Part shown: positions 1-8,521 of the stretch, piece by piece
How positions within the stretch are numbered: the first letter of the stretch is position 1
Layout: each line of letters begins with the position of its first letter
From: Cyanobium sp.
GTDB lineage: Bacteria > Cyanobacteriota > Cyanobacteriia > PCC-6307 > Cyanobiaceae
DNA: 64,000 nt
Assembly (NCBI GenBank): GCA_040399515.1
Contig: JBBASA010000002.1
Coordinates: 23,948 to 87,947, forward strand
Direction of reading: 5' to 3'
Made by a program: the position numbers and the translations under genes
Notes under the pieces: model-generated
What the model saw: the letters and a program-made list of their open reading frames with translations, nothing else
The model's database searches: none
Told to the model about the DNA's origin: nothing

Positions 1-1748
1 CTTTTATTTTAGGGATTAATGCTTTTCACGCTGATGCTTCAGCAGCCTTGATTAAAGACGGGAATATTATTGGAGCAGTTGAAGAAGAGCGGTTTAGAAG
101 AATTAAACATTGGGCTGGATTTCCTAGCCAAGCAATTAAATGGTGTTTGGATGAAGCAAACATTAAACTTGGTGATGTAGATCATATTTCAATTAACACT
201 CAGCCGAACGCTCATAAACTAAGGCGTTTGCTATATGTGATAAAAACGTTGCCGGATCCACGTTTTTTAGCAAAAAGATGGAAGAATAAGCAAGAAAGGA
301 ATGATCTTCAACAACAGTTAACACTTTCGTTTCCAGAAGAAACCATCAATGCACAATTGCATTTTATTGAACACCATCGTTCACATTTGGCATCTGCATT
401 TTACGCATCACCTTTTTTCGAATCCTCATTAATATCTATTGATGGGTTTGGTGATTTCGCAAGTTCTGCATGGGGCTATGGCGGCAATACACATATCAGA
501 GTCGATGGGCATGTGTTTTTCCCTCATTCACTAGGAGCGTTTTACACGGCAATTACCCAGTACCTTGGGTTTCCAAATTATGGAGATGAATATAAGGTCA
601 TGGGACTAGCACCTTACGGAAAACCAGTTTACTTAACGGATATGCGGCAAATCGTAAAGATCAAGAAGAATGGTACTTATGAGCTAAATCTTGACTATTT
701 TCAACACAGTGGCAAAAAGGACCTTGATCACCAATGGAGTTCCGGTACTCCGAGTGTGGGTAGACATTGGAGCGAGGGGATTGAGAAGCTGTTAGGTCCA
801 GCTAGAAAGCCTGATGAGAAACTCGAACAGAAGCATATGGATATAGCAATGTCAACTCAAGCCATGTATGAAGAGGCCTTCTTCGCGCTGCTCAACTCAA
901 TCTACAGGCGGGATAAGTCTAGAAATCTCTGTGTAGCGGGTGGTTGTGGAGCGAACTCTGTCGCAAATGGAAAGATCACAACGCATACAGAGTTTGAGAA
1001 TGTCTATGTCCAGGCAGCTGCTGGGGATGCGGGGGGTGCACTTGGTGCAGCATTAGAGGTTTGGCATCAACTTGGTAATGGGAGATGTGCGCCGATGCTC
1101 AATGCATACCTAGGATACAAATCTTCAACAAGTCAGATAAGAAACCTGCTTGAACTGTCTGATATACGTAGGAAACTTGAAACGGAAAATTGTTCTTTAG
1201 AAGAATTGAGCGATGAATCAATTTTTGAAAGAGTTTCTGACGCTTTAGTTCGAGGAGAGGTTGTTGGTTGGTTTGAAGGAAAAATGGAATGGGGACCACG
1301 AGCTCTTGGTCATCGATCAATTTTGGGAGATCCAAGGAGACACGACATGAAAGACATACTAAACATAAAGATCAAGCGTAGGGAATCATTCCGACCATTC
1401 GCACCTTCGGTTCTTAGAGAGGCAGTTAAGGATTGGTTTATGTGTGATGCTGAAGTGCCCTTTATGATGCAGGTGTTTTCAATCAAGGAAGATAAAAGAG
1501 CATTAATTCCTGCAGTGACTCATGTAGATGGAAGTGGAAGGCTACAGACTGTTTCTAAAGAACAGAATGGACGATATTATGAATTAATTAAATGTTTTTA
1601 TCAAAAGACAGGTGTGCCCATGATTTTGAATACCTCATTCAACGAAAATGAACCAATTGTATGCAAGCCTGAGGAAGCTCTTGACTGTTTCCTACGGACG
1701 AAGATGGATGTGTTAGTAATTGAAAATATATTAATCCGAAGAAAATAA
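1..1748 (+). CDS. carbamoyltransferase (NodU/CmcH family), 5' end truncated by the window edge
   Basis: The ORF track gives 48..1748 from a TTG. The same frame is open back to nt 3 and reads FILGINAFHADASAAL before IKDGNIIGAVEEERFRRIKH, a typical carbamoyltransferase N-terminus. Also seen: VAGGCGANSVANG and the C-terminal ILNTSFNENEPIV. Confidence 0.85.
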   Translation, partial: FILGINAFHADASAALIKDGNIIGAVEEERFRRIKHWAGFPSQAIKWCLDEANIKLGDVDHISINTQPNAHKLRRLLYVIKTLPDPRFLAKRWKNKQERNDLQQQLTLSFPEETINAQLHFIEHHRSHLASAFYASPFFESSLISIDGFGDFASSAWGYGGNTHIRVDGHVFFPHSLGAFYTAITQYLGFPNYGDEYKVMGLAPYGKPVYLTDMRQIVKIKKNGTYELNLDYFQHSGKKDLDHQWSSGTPSVGRHWSEGIEKLLGPARKPDEKLEQKHMDIAMSTQAMYEEAFFALLNSIYRRDKSRNLCVAGGCGANSVANGKITTHTEFENVYVQAAAGDAGGALGAALEVWHQLGNGRCAPMLNAYLGYKSSTSQIRNLLELSDIRRKLETENCSLEELSDESIFERVSDALVRGEVVGWFEGKMEWGPRALGHRSILGDPRRHDMKDILNIKIKRRESFRPFAPSVLREAVKDWFMCDAEVPFMMQVFSIKEDKRALIPAVTHVDGSGRLQTVSKEQNGRYYELIKCFYQKTGVPMILNTSFNENEPIVCKPEEALDCFLRTKMDVLVIENILIRRK

Positions 1749-2539
1749 TGTTTTCCATTCTAGTGGTAGTTCCCACGCTGAACTCATATGATTTTCTCCC
1801 AAGACTTGTAAGATCATTGCAAGATCAGTCTTTCAGTCGTTGGCGGGTATTGTTTATTGATGGAAAAAGTAGTGAGAATCATAAGGATTGGCTTCGTGAT
1901 CAATGCATACAGGACGCCCGCTTTGACTGGGAAGAACAAATATACAGCGATCAAGGGATCTTTGCGGCTATGAACCAAGGATTCAAGCACGCTACAGAAG
2001 AAGAATGGGTATTATTCTGGGGAAGCGATGATTTGGCTACAGACAAGAATGTCTTCAGAAGAGTAGAGCAGAAGCTTATAAGCATGCCTGTACAGCCAGA
2101 CCTATACATATGCAGTGGTAGATACTATTCGACGAATCAGTTGCTGGAGGATGGCTATACATTAAGGATGCAGAGATTCAGTAGGTTTATATCACGAAAG
2201 ACATTTCGTGGGTCCTTGTTTTGGGGATCAACACCACCCCACCAAGCCACCTTTTTTGGGCCAGGAGTAAGAAGACTGCTGAATAGCTATGATGAAGAAT
2301 TTAGGTTAACCGGTGATTTAGATTACTTCTTACGCTTGTCTAGACTAGATGGAATACGGGTCTTTGTCGACAAGACTGTTCTAGTTTTGATGGGCAACTC
2401 AGGAGTAAGTGCAAAGGAAAGTAAAAGAAGAATCAATGAAGTCATATCCTCCTACAAGAAGGCTTTTGGCTCTATGTGGTTTGTCCCATTTCTTTTGAGG
2501 TACTTGCAGCGTTTCTGGAGCATTTTAACTAAGATATGA
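1748..2539 (+). CDS. family 2 glycosyltransferase
   Basis: 263-aa ORF with a GT2-like N-terminus, VVVPTLNSYDFLPRLVRSLQDQS...LFIDGKSSE, and a later GSDD. The start overlaps the upstream stop by 1 nt (TAATG). Confidence 0.7.
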   Translation: MFSILVVVPTLNSYDFLPRLVRSLQDQSFSRWRVLFIDGKSSENHKDWLRDQCIQDARFDWEEQIYSDQGIFAAMNQGFKHATEEEWVLFWGSDDLATDKNVFRRVEQKLISMPVQPDLYICSGRYYSTNQLLEDGYTLRMQRFSRFISRKTFRGSLFWGSTPPHQATFFGPGVRRLLNSYDEEFRLTGDLDYFLRLSRLDGIRVFVDKTVLVLMGNSGVSAKESKRRINEVISSYKKAFGSMWFVPFLLRYLQRFWSILTKI

Positions 2540-3429
2540 CTTACACTATCTTTGGTTGCAACAATCCGAGTGGAGCATATTTTAGAGATCTCGCCTCTAT
2601 ATCATCTGTTGAGATTTGGGGGAGAACAAAACCTATCGATGGAAACTCTAAATATGTCTACTGTGATCTTAAGGCGGAACCAGAATATCCTATACATAAT
2701 ATAAGGGGTGTATTAGTTAGTTTTGCACCAATATGGTTATTGTCTGAGTATCTCTCTAAAGTTTCAGTAAAACAGCCCGAGAGCTTGAAGGATTTGAAAG
2801 GTGTCATTGCAGTTTCATCCTCATCTTATCTGACTAAGCAATTTGCTTTTTCCCACTATGACAAGAATCTAGCAAGATCTTTAAGCGAAGCCCACGCAAC
2901 CATCATACATGTGTGTCAGAGTTTAAAGATACATTGCCAGATACTTGCTCCTACACTGGTATATGGCTTGAAAGATGGATTTAAAGATCGGAATATAAGT
3001 CAGATTATTAAGATTATGCGTTTTTTTCCATTTGTCTTCTTGCCAAAATCAACAGGATTAAGGCAGCCCATCCATGCAAGTCAATTAGCTCAGGTTGCCC
3101 ACAATATGGCAGAAAGAATATTAGAAGGTACTTGGCAGAATGGCAATCCTTTGATATTGACACTTGGTGGAGATGAAATCATGAGTTACTCTCATATGTT
3201 GACAAAGATTCAGAGGTCACTACCAATCAACGATGCTGGTCGAAGATGTCGATTAATTGAGATTCCAGACAGAGTTTTTCTGATTTTTTTTGCTCTATTG
3301 TTACCCATAAATACAAAGTTATTTGAGGCGATAATGAGAATTAACAGTGATTTGGCGGGCTTCTCAAAGGCCAACAATTTGTTAGCCGAAAAACCAAAAG
3401 ATTTTCCAGTACTTCCCCTTTCACTTTGA
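2536..3429 (+). CDS. atypical extended-SDR / NAD-dependent epimerase-dehydratase-like protein (WbpK-like position)
   Basis: 297-aa ORF. Degenerate N-terminal Rossmann loop IFGCNNPSG, APTLVYG and RQPIHASQLAQV resemble extended SDRs. ATGA overlap with the GT2 gene. Confidence 0.45.
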   Translation: MTYTIFGCNNPSGAYFRDLASISSVEIWGRTKPIDGNSKYVYCDLKAEPEYPIHNIRGVLVSFAPIWLLSEYLSKVSVKQPESLKDLKGVIAVSSSSYLTKQFAFSHYDKNLARSLSEAHATIIHVCQSLKIHCQILAPTLVYGLKDGFKDRNISQIIKIMRFFPFVFLPKSTGLRQPIHASQLAQVAHNMAERILEGTWQNGNPLILTLGGDEIMSYSHMLTKIQRSLPINDAGRRCRLIEIPDRVFLIFFALLLPINTKLFEAIMRINSDLAGFSKANNLLAEKPKDFPVLPLSL

Positions 3430-3430
3430 T

Positions 3431-4333
3431 ATGCTTATCAGATTCATGCCTATTACTTTTATTCTTTCAGCAACCATGAGCTGGTTGTTAACTGGCTGTC
3501 TTATTCCCTACTTGAAAAGTGGCTTCATGGATAATCCAAATCATAGAAGTTCTCATATTAGAGCTACTCCAAGAGGAGGAGGTCTTGCTTTTGTCTTAGT
3601 TGGAACACTGTTAAACTTTGTTTATGAAACTGGTCCATCAAGATGGATTCCTGTTGCTTGCCTCCCTTTAGCACTTGTTGGTTTGGTAGATGACTTCAAG
3701 GAACTACCGGCCGCTTTAAGGTACATTGTTCAATTTGTAACTGCGATTGTTCTTGTTGCGCTAGCAGATCGACCTATGTCCATCTGGTTGTCAATGATAT
3801 CTGTCCTACTGATTACGGGGATCATAAATTTTACAAACTTCATGGATGGTCTTGATGGGCTTGTTGCAGGATGTGGGGTGATTTTGATGGCATCAACATC
3901 CTGTTGGGCGATCTCAGGAGCAATCTTTGGCTTTTTAATTTGGAATTGGGCACCAGCCAAAGTTTTTATGGGTGATGTAGGCAGTACATACATTGGGGCT
4001 ATATTTGGAGGAATGCTGATACATACACGTACTGATCACGCTACACTCTCACTACTCCTTATTGGTTTTCCTCTATTTGCAGATGCCTTCGTATGCGTAA
4101 TTCGACGCTTTGTAAATGGAGAAAATATTGTCGAAGCTCATCGAAAGCACCTATTCCAAAGACTGCAACAGGCTGGTTGGTCTCATCAAAAGGTGGCCAG
4201 CCTGTACATAGGTGCGGTAGGAATTCTTCTGTTAAGTTATACTATTGGGGGCTTTTCTGTTCTGGTTGTTTCCATTCTTGGTGAATTCATCATTGCATTC
4301 TACTTGGAAAGATGTGTGGCGACAAAATTTTAA
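3431..4333 (+). CDS. polyprenyl-phosphate HexNAc-1-phosphate transferase (MraY/WecA/WbpL family, GT4 superfamily)
   Basis: 300-aa polytopic membrane ORF with HRSSHIRATPRGGGLAF, VDDFKELP and NFTNFMDGLDGL motifs. Confidence 0.8.
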   Translation: MLIRFMPITFILSATMSWLLTGCLIPYLKSGFMDNPNHRSSHIRATPRGGGLAFVLVGTLLNFVYETGPSRWIPVACLPLALVGLVDDFKELPAALRYIVQFVTAIVLVALADRPMSIWLSMISVLLITGIINFTNFMDGLDGLVAGCGVILMASTSCWAISGAIFGFLIWNWAPAKVFMGDVGSTYIGAIFGGMLIHTRTDHATLSLLLIGFPLFADAFVCVIRRFVNGENIVEAHRKHLFQRLQQAGWSHQKVASLYIGAVGILLLSYTIGGFSVLVVSILGEFIIAFYLERCVATKF

Positions 4334-4398
4334 GCCGCCTAGATCTTATGCTATGATGTATCGATGATTCAAGTTAAAAGAATCAAAAAAGTTTTCTT

Positions 4399-6342
4399 GT
4401 GGAAACATCTCCCAAAGATTCAGTTTCTATGACATTTAGTTGGCTTCTATATATCACTCATCCCCATCTAAACATTGTTGGCAGGAGACTCCTGCTTCTT
4501 GGTCTAGATGGAATTTTGATTGTTATTGCTTTTTATGGTGCTATTGCTTTAAGACTGAATAATCCCGTAGATATCGGCATTTTCCTTACTAAACAAAAAG
4601 CATTGCTTCCAGCAGCAATAGTAAGTGGTTTAGGAGTTTTATGGTTATCAGGCTGGTATAGGGGTTTAACTAGGTACACAGGAAGTTATTCCCTTTATGG
4701 CCTGATTCCAAGAAGTTTCTTAATGGTATTGTTATTACTATTTATTAGTACTCGTTTCTACGCAATTAGCCCTCCTAGATCATACTGGGTTCTATATTGG
4801 CTTTTGTTTACAGGTGGAGCTATCACTATGAGGATAGTCATGCGCGATTTACTTTTGCACCAAATTGATAATAGAAGTTCAATTCTTAATCAAGATGAAT
4901 CGTTACCTAGTAACCCAACTTTGATCTATGGAGCAGGTTCATCTGGATTAACACTACTAATGGCATTGAGGAACGATTCACGATTTAAGGTTATTGGCTA
5001 TCTAGATGATGATCCTGTCCTACATGGACGTACCCTACAGAATCAGGTTATATACTCACCTGATAAGCTTCCAAATCTGATCAATAAATTCTCTATCAGT
5101 CAGGTTCTTTTGGCTATGCCTTCAATCTCAAGACAACGAAAACGCTATCTTGTTGATAATCTAACTCATCATGGAATAACTGTACTTTCTATTCCTTCTC
5201 TCGGGCAATTGGCTAGCGGTTCTAGAACGGTAAGTGATTTAAAGAATGTTGCCATAGAAGATTTACTTGGCAGAGAACCTTCTAATCCACTTATCAACTT
5301 GCTGGAATCAAGTGTAAAAGACAAGGTGGTTCTCGTCACTGGAGCTGGCGGATCGATTGGTAGCGAACTATGTAGACAAATATCTCAACTGGGTGTTAAG
5401 CATCTTGCCATCCTTGAGCTAAATGAATATGCTCTATATTGCATTAGCAAGGAGTTGAGCACGAATCATCCAGAGATACAGCTAACTTGCCTCCTGGGAA
5501 ATGTGTTAGATATGGGATTTGTCTGTAAGATTTGTGGTCAGTTAAACGTCAACACAATTTTCCATGCTGCTGCCTACAAGCACGTTCCGCTTGTCGAGGA
5601 GAATATATGTGCAGGAGTTTCAAATAACATCAGAGGGACTATGTCAGTTATTCAGGCAGCGAAGGACAATAAAATTGAACGCTTGATGTTAATTTCAACA
5701 GACAAAGCGGTTAGACCTACAAACGTTATGGGTGCAAGCAAACGAATTTGTGAGTTACTCATTCAATCTGCAGCAGAAGAGCACACTTCATTTGGTCCGA
5801 TTTTTTCTATGGTAAGGTTTGGAAATGTTCTTGGATCCTCAGGTTCGGTGATCCCTCTCTTCCATGAACAAATCGAGAAAGGTGGTCCAGTTACCGTAAC
5901 CCATCCAGCAGTGACTAGATATTTTATGACTATTCCAGAGGCTGTCCAACTGGTTCTCCAATCTACTGGGATGGCAGTAGGTGGGGATGTTTTTTTACTA
6001 GACATGGGCGAGCCAGTTAGAATTGCTGATCTTGCTAGGCAGATGATTGAGTTGTCAGGTCTACGAGTTAAAGATCAAAAGACTCCTGATGGTGATATAT
6101 CTATTGAATTCACAGGTCTTAGACCCGGGGAAAAGCTTTACGAAGAGCTTCTGATTAGTGCGCATGATCAGCCTACAGATCATCCTCTCATCAGACGAGC
6201 AAGAGAACCAAAAGGAGATAAGATAACTCTAGACTTGATAATTAAAGAGCTGGTCATTGCTCTCAAAAACTGGGATGAGATAAAAACGTATTCGCTTATC
6301 CGCGAACTCGTACCTGAGTTTAACATTAAACAGGAGCCATGA
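4399..6342 (+). CDS. membrane-anchored nucleotide-sugar 4,6-dehydratase/epimerase (CapD/WbpM/PglF family)
   Basis: 647 aa with N-terminal transmembrane segments and two Rossmann regions, IYGAGSSG and VLVTGAGGSIGSEL. Also ISTDKAVRPTNVMGASKR. GTG start at 4399; an alternative ATG lies at 4429. Confidence 0.85.
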   Translation: METSPKDSVSMTFSWLLYITHPHLNIVGRRLLLLGLDGILIVIAFYGAIALRLNNPVDIGIFLTKQKALLPAAIVSGLGVLWLSGWYRGLTRYTGSYSLYGLIPRSFLMVLLLLFISTRFYAISPPRSYWVLYWLLFTGGAITMRIVMRDLLLHQIDNRSSILNQDESLPSNPTLIYGAGSSGLTLLMALRNDSRFKVIGYLDDDPVLHGRTLQNQVIYSPDKLPNLINKFSISQVLLAMPSISRQRKRYLVDNLTHHGITVLSIPSLGQLASGSRTVSDLKNVAIEDLLGREPSNPLINLLESSVKDKVVLVTGAGGSIGSELCRQISQLGVKHLAILELNEYALYCISKELSTNHPEIQLTCLLGNVLDMGFVCKICGQLNVNTIFHAAAYKHVPLVEENICAGVSNNIRGTMSVIQAAKDNKIERLMLISTDKAVRPTNVMGASKRICELLIQSAAEEHTSFGPIFSMVRFGNVLGSSGSVIPLFHEQIEKGGPVTVTHPAVTRYFMTIPEAVQLVLQSTGMAVGGDVFLLDMGEPVRIADLARQMIELSGLRVKDQKTPDGDISIEFTGLRPGEKLYEELLISAHDQPTDHPLIRRAREPKGDKITLDLIIKELVIALKNWDEIKTYSLIRELVPEFNIKQEP

Positions 6343-7274
6343 ATAACCTCACTTTTAGCTTAGCTTTGCTCAAAGACTTTCAACCAAAGTCAATGGTTGC
6401 TTTCTTGGTGAATAAGATACCTCCACCAACATCTCGCAACCTATGGTTAACACTCTCAGCTTTAGTAGCGCTCCAGAGTCTAGTTGTATTTACCAACACC
6501 CAAATAACTGGAAATGCCATAACAGCCCTTATTGTCTGGGGTGGAGCGCTTATCTGTATTGAAGATTTAATTGAGAATATGCGACCTAATCCTTCAAGGA
6601 TCAGCCTTGGATTAGGAGGAGTCTTGATACTATACACTTTGTATAGAACATCACAGGTCAATGGTTCTGACTCCTTCCTTTATTTGCTAGTCCCCATCGC
6701 AGGATTAGGCCTTATCCTTCTAGCGAATCCGATTGCCAATATCTGGAAATATAGAGATGCTCTATTAACTCTGTCTTTATTGCCATTATTCTTGGTTATA
6801 CAAGTCATTGTTGCTACCTACGTAACGAATGACCTTTCAATCATGACCGCAAAATTCGTCATGCTGTGGCTTGGACTTTTGGGAATAGAGCCAACACGTC
6901 TCGAAGGTAATACAGTCTTCATCAATGGAGGTGCTGTACAGGTTATGCATGAATGTAACGGATTGGAGATGATCATGCAAATGTTTATTACCGCTGTGAT
7001 TTTTCTTTTAGCATTTCCACTGCGTTCTAGATTGGGTCGTATAGCAGTTGTTATTTTATCCCCTTTTATTGGATTTATTGTTAACTCATTCAGGATTGCT
7101 TTGCTTGCAGTCTTTACAGGATTGAATTCAGACATTGGTAGGTCAATGTTTGATTTTTTCCATGAACAGGCAGGTTCACTAATCTTTTCAGGGATAGCTG
7201 TTTTCGTTCTTGGGTATCTTTACCTTACAATCCTCAACCGTGAGCTCCCACCCATATGGGATGAAGAAACATGA
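6339..7274 (+). CDS. exosortase, cyanoexosortase-A-like
   Basis: 311-aa polytopic ORF. The three exosortase signature regions are visible: AVQVMHECNGLEMIMQ (Cys), GFIVNSFRIALLAV (Arg) and FFHEQAGSLIFSG (His). ATGA overlap with the capD-like gene. Confidence 0.8.
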   Translation: MNNLTFSLALLKDFQPKSMVAFLVNKIPPPTSRNLWLTLSALVALQSLVVFTNTQITGNAITALIVWGGALICIEDLIENMRPNPSRISLGLGGVLILYTLYRTSQVNGSDSFLYLLVPIAGLGLILLANPIANIWKYRDALLTLSLLPLFLVIQVIVATYVTNDLSIMTAKFVMLWLGLLGIEPTRLEGNTVFINGGAVQVMHECNGLEMIMQMFITAVIFLLAFPLRSRLGRIAVVILSPFIGFIVNSFRIALLAVFTGLNSDIGRSMFDFFHEQAGSLIFSGIAVFVLGYLYLTILNRELPPIWDEET

Positions 7275-7930
7275 ATCAAGACTGCAAGCGACCCTACCTC
7301 ATTTTAATAGTCTTGGCTCTTTTGGCCTCCGGTTACTCTTATTTTAAAACTGGGATAAGCTCACCTGTATATCCATCCATATTGACCTCGAGACTTTTAG
7401 CATTGGATTCGATAGAACCTCCTATCTCCACTTCATCTAAGCTGTTAGATGAGGATACTTCAGATCGAATGTTGTCACCCATGCATCAATATACGTTCCG
7501 TGACGGTTCTAAATTATTAGCTGTAATGGTTAGGATCCGGAAGAGAGATGACTTTAAGATTGAGACCTATGGATTGCTTACGAAAGGAATCGAACCAATT
7601 TATATAAAGTCTCCATCCTTTAACAATGCAGTTCCATACTCCATGTTAGGTGTAATTAATGGGAAGGAAGCACTTCAGACATGTGTCATTCCTGGAACAA
7701 CTAAGTTAGATCAAGTTAATGTCCAACTATTCCCGCTGCTTTCCCAAGCCGAACAACTTGCTGGAAGTAGTCAGTCTTTAAGTTCTAAGTTTTTGGGTAC
7801 TGATGATAGATCTGATTACTCTTGTCTTGTACTTACCTACCATCCAAAATCAGTTAAAGGAGCAACCAAGGCTTGGACTTCCATCATTGAAAATGCACAA
7901 CTTGCTTTATCCAGTAGAAATGATTTATAA
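7271..7930 (+). CDS. exosortase-associated EpsI-like protein (cyanoexosortase system-associated)
   Basis: 219 aa with a single N-terminal transmembrane segment, YLILIVLALLASGYSYF. ATGA overlap with the exosortase gene. The assignment rests mainly on position and size. Confidence 0.5.
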   Translation: MNQDCKRPYLILIVLALLASGYSYFKTGISSPVYPSILTSRLLALDSIEPPISTSSKLLDEDTSDRMLSPMHQYTFRDGSKLLAVMVRIRKRDDFKIETYGLLTKGIEPIYIKSPSFNNAVPYSMLGVINGKEALQTCVIPGTTKLDQVNVQLFPLLSQAEQLAGSSQSLSSKFLGTDDRSDYSCLVLTYHPKSVKGATKAWTSIIENAQLALSSRNDL

Positions 7931-7971
7931 TTTCTTTATTGATTTATCAAAGTCTACATCATCTGCTTTCA

Positions 7972-8517
7972 ATGTTTTCCAATTTTTTTAAGAGAAAAAA
8001 ACCTACGGCTTCTGTAGAACGGTCTGTATTTCAACCAAGAGATTCCAACGTATCAGATCCCCCTTTAATATACAGTTGGATTATAACTAATAAACTTGCT
8101 ATTGGTCCAATGCCAAAAACGAGTTCACATTGGAGACAACTAGATTATGATGGATTTCGAAATCGATTTAGTTGCTGCTTCCCTAATGAACATATCTTTG
8201 CCCCCATACCAGATCATTGGAATAGCAGAGAAGTATCATTGCCAGATCATAGAGAACAGACCCATCTTGAAAAAGCAACACTTGTGTTAGCTTTAAAAGA
8301 AGCCGAGGAGATGATCTTAATGAGTTCGGAACCTGTATATCTTCACTGCCTTGCTGGACAAGAACGATCTGCCTTGATAGCAATCGGTTTAGTTAGCATA
8401 CTGGAAAACAAAGATTTATTTGATAGTATAGCTTTTGTTAGACAATGCCACAAGAAAGCCAAACCGTTATATGGTCAACTTGATCTGTTAGAGCAAGTCC
8501 TAAGAGATAGTTTTTAG
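7972..8517 (+). CDS. Cys-based protein phosphatase (dual-specificity / PTP-like, CX5R)
   Basis: Active-site loop VYLHCLAGQERSALIA fits HCxxGxxRS. The ORF track starts at TTG 7939; the first ATG is at 7972. Confidence 0.7.
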   Translation: MFSNFFKRKKPTASVERSVFQPRDSNVSDPPLIYSWIITNKLAIGPMPKTSSHWRQLDYDGFRNRFSCCFPNEHIFAPIPDHWNSREVSLPDHREQTHLEKATLVLALKEAEEMILMSSEPVYLHCLAGQERSALIAIGLVSILENKDLFDSIAFVRQCHKKAKPLYGQLDLLEQVLRDSF

Positions 8518-8521
8518 TGAT

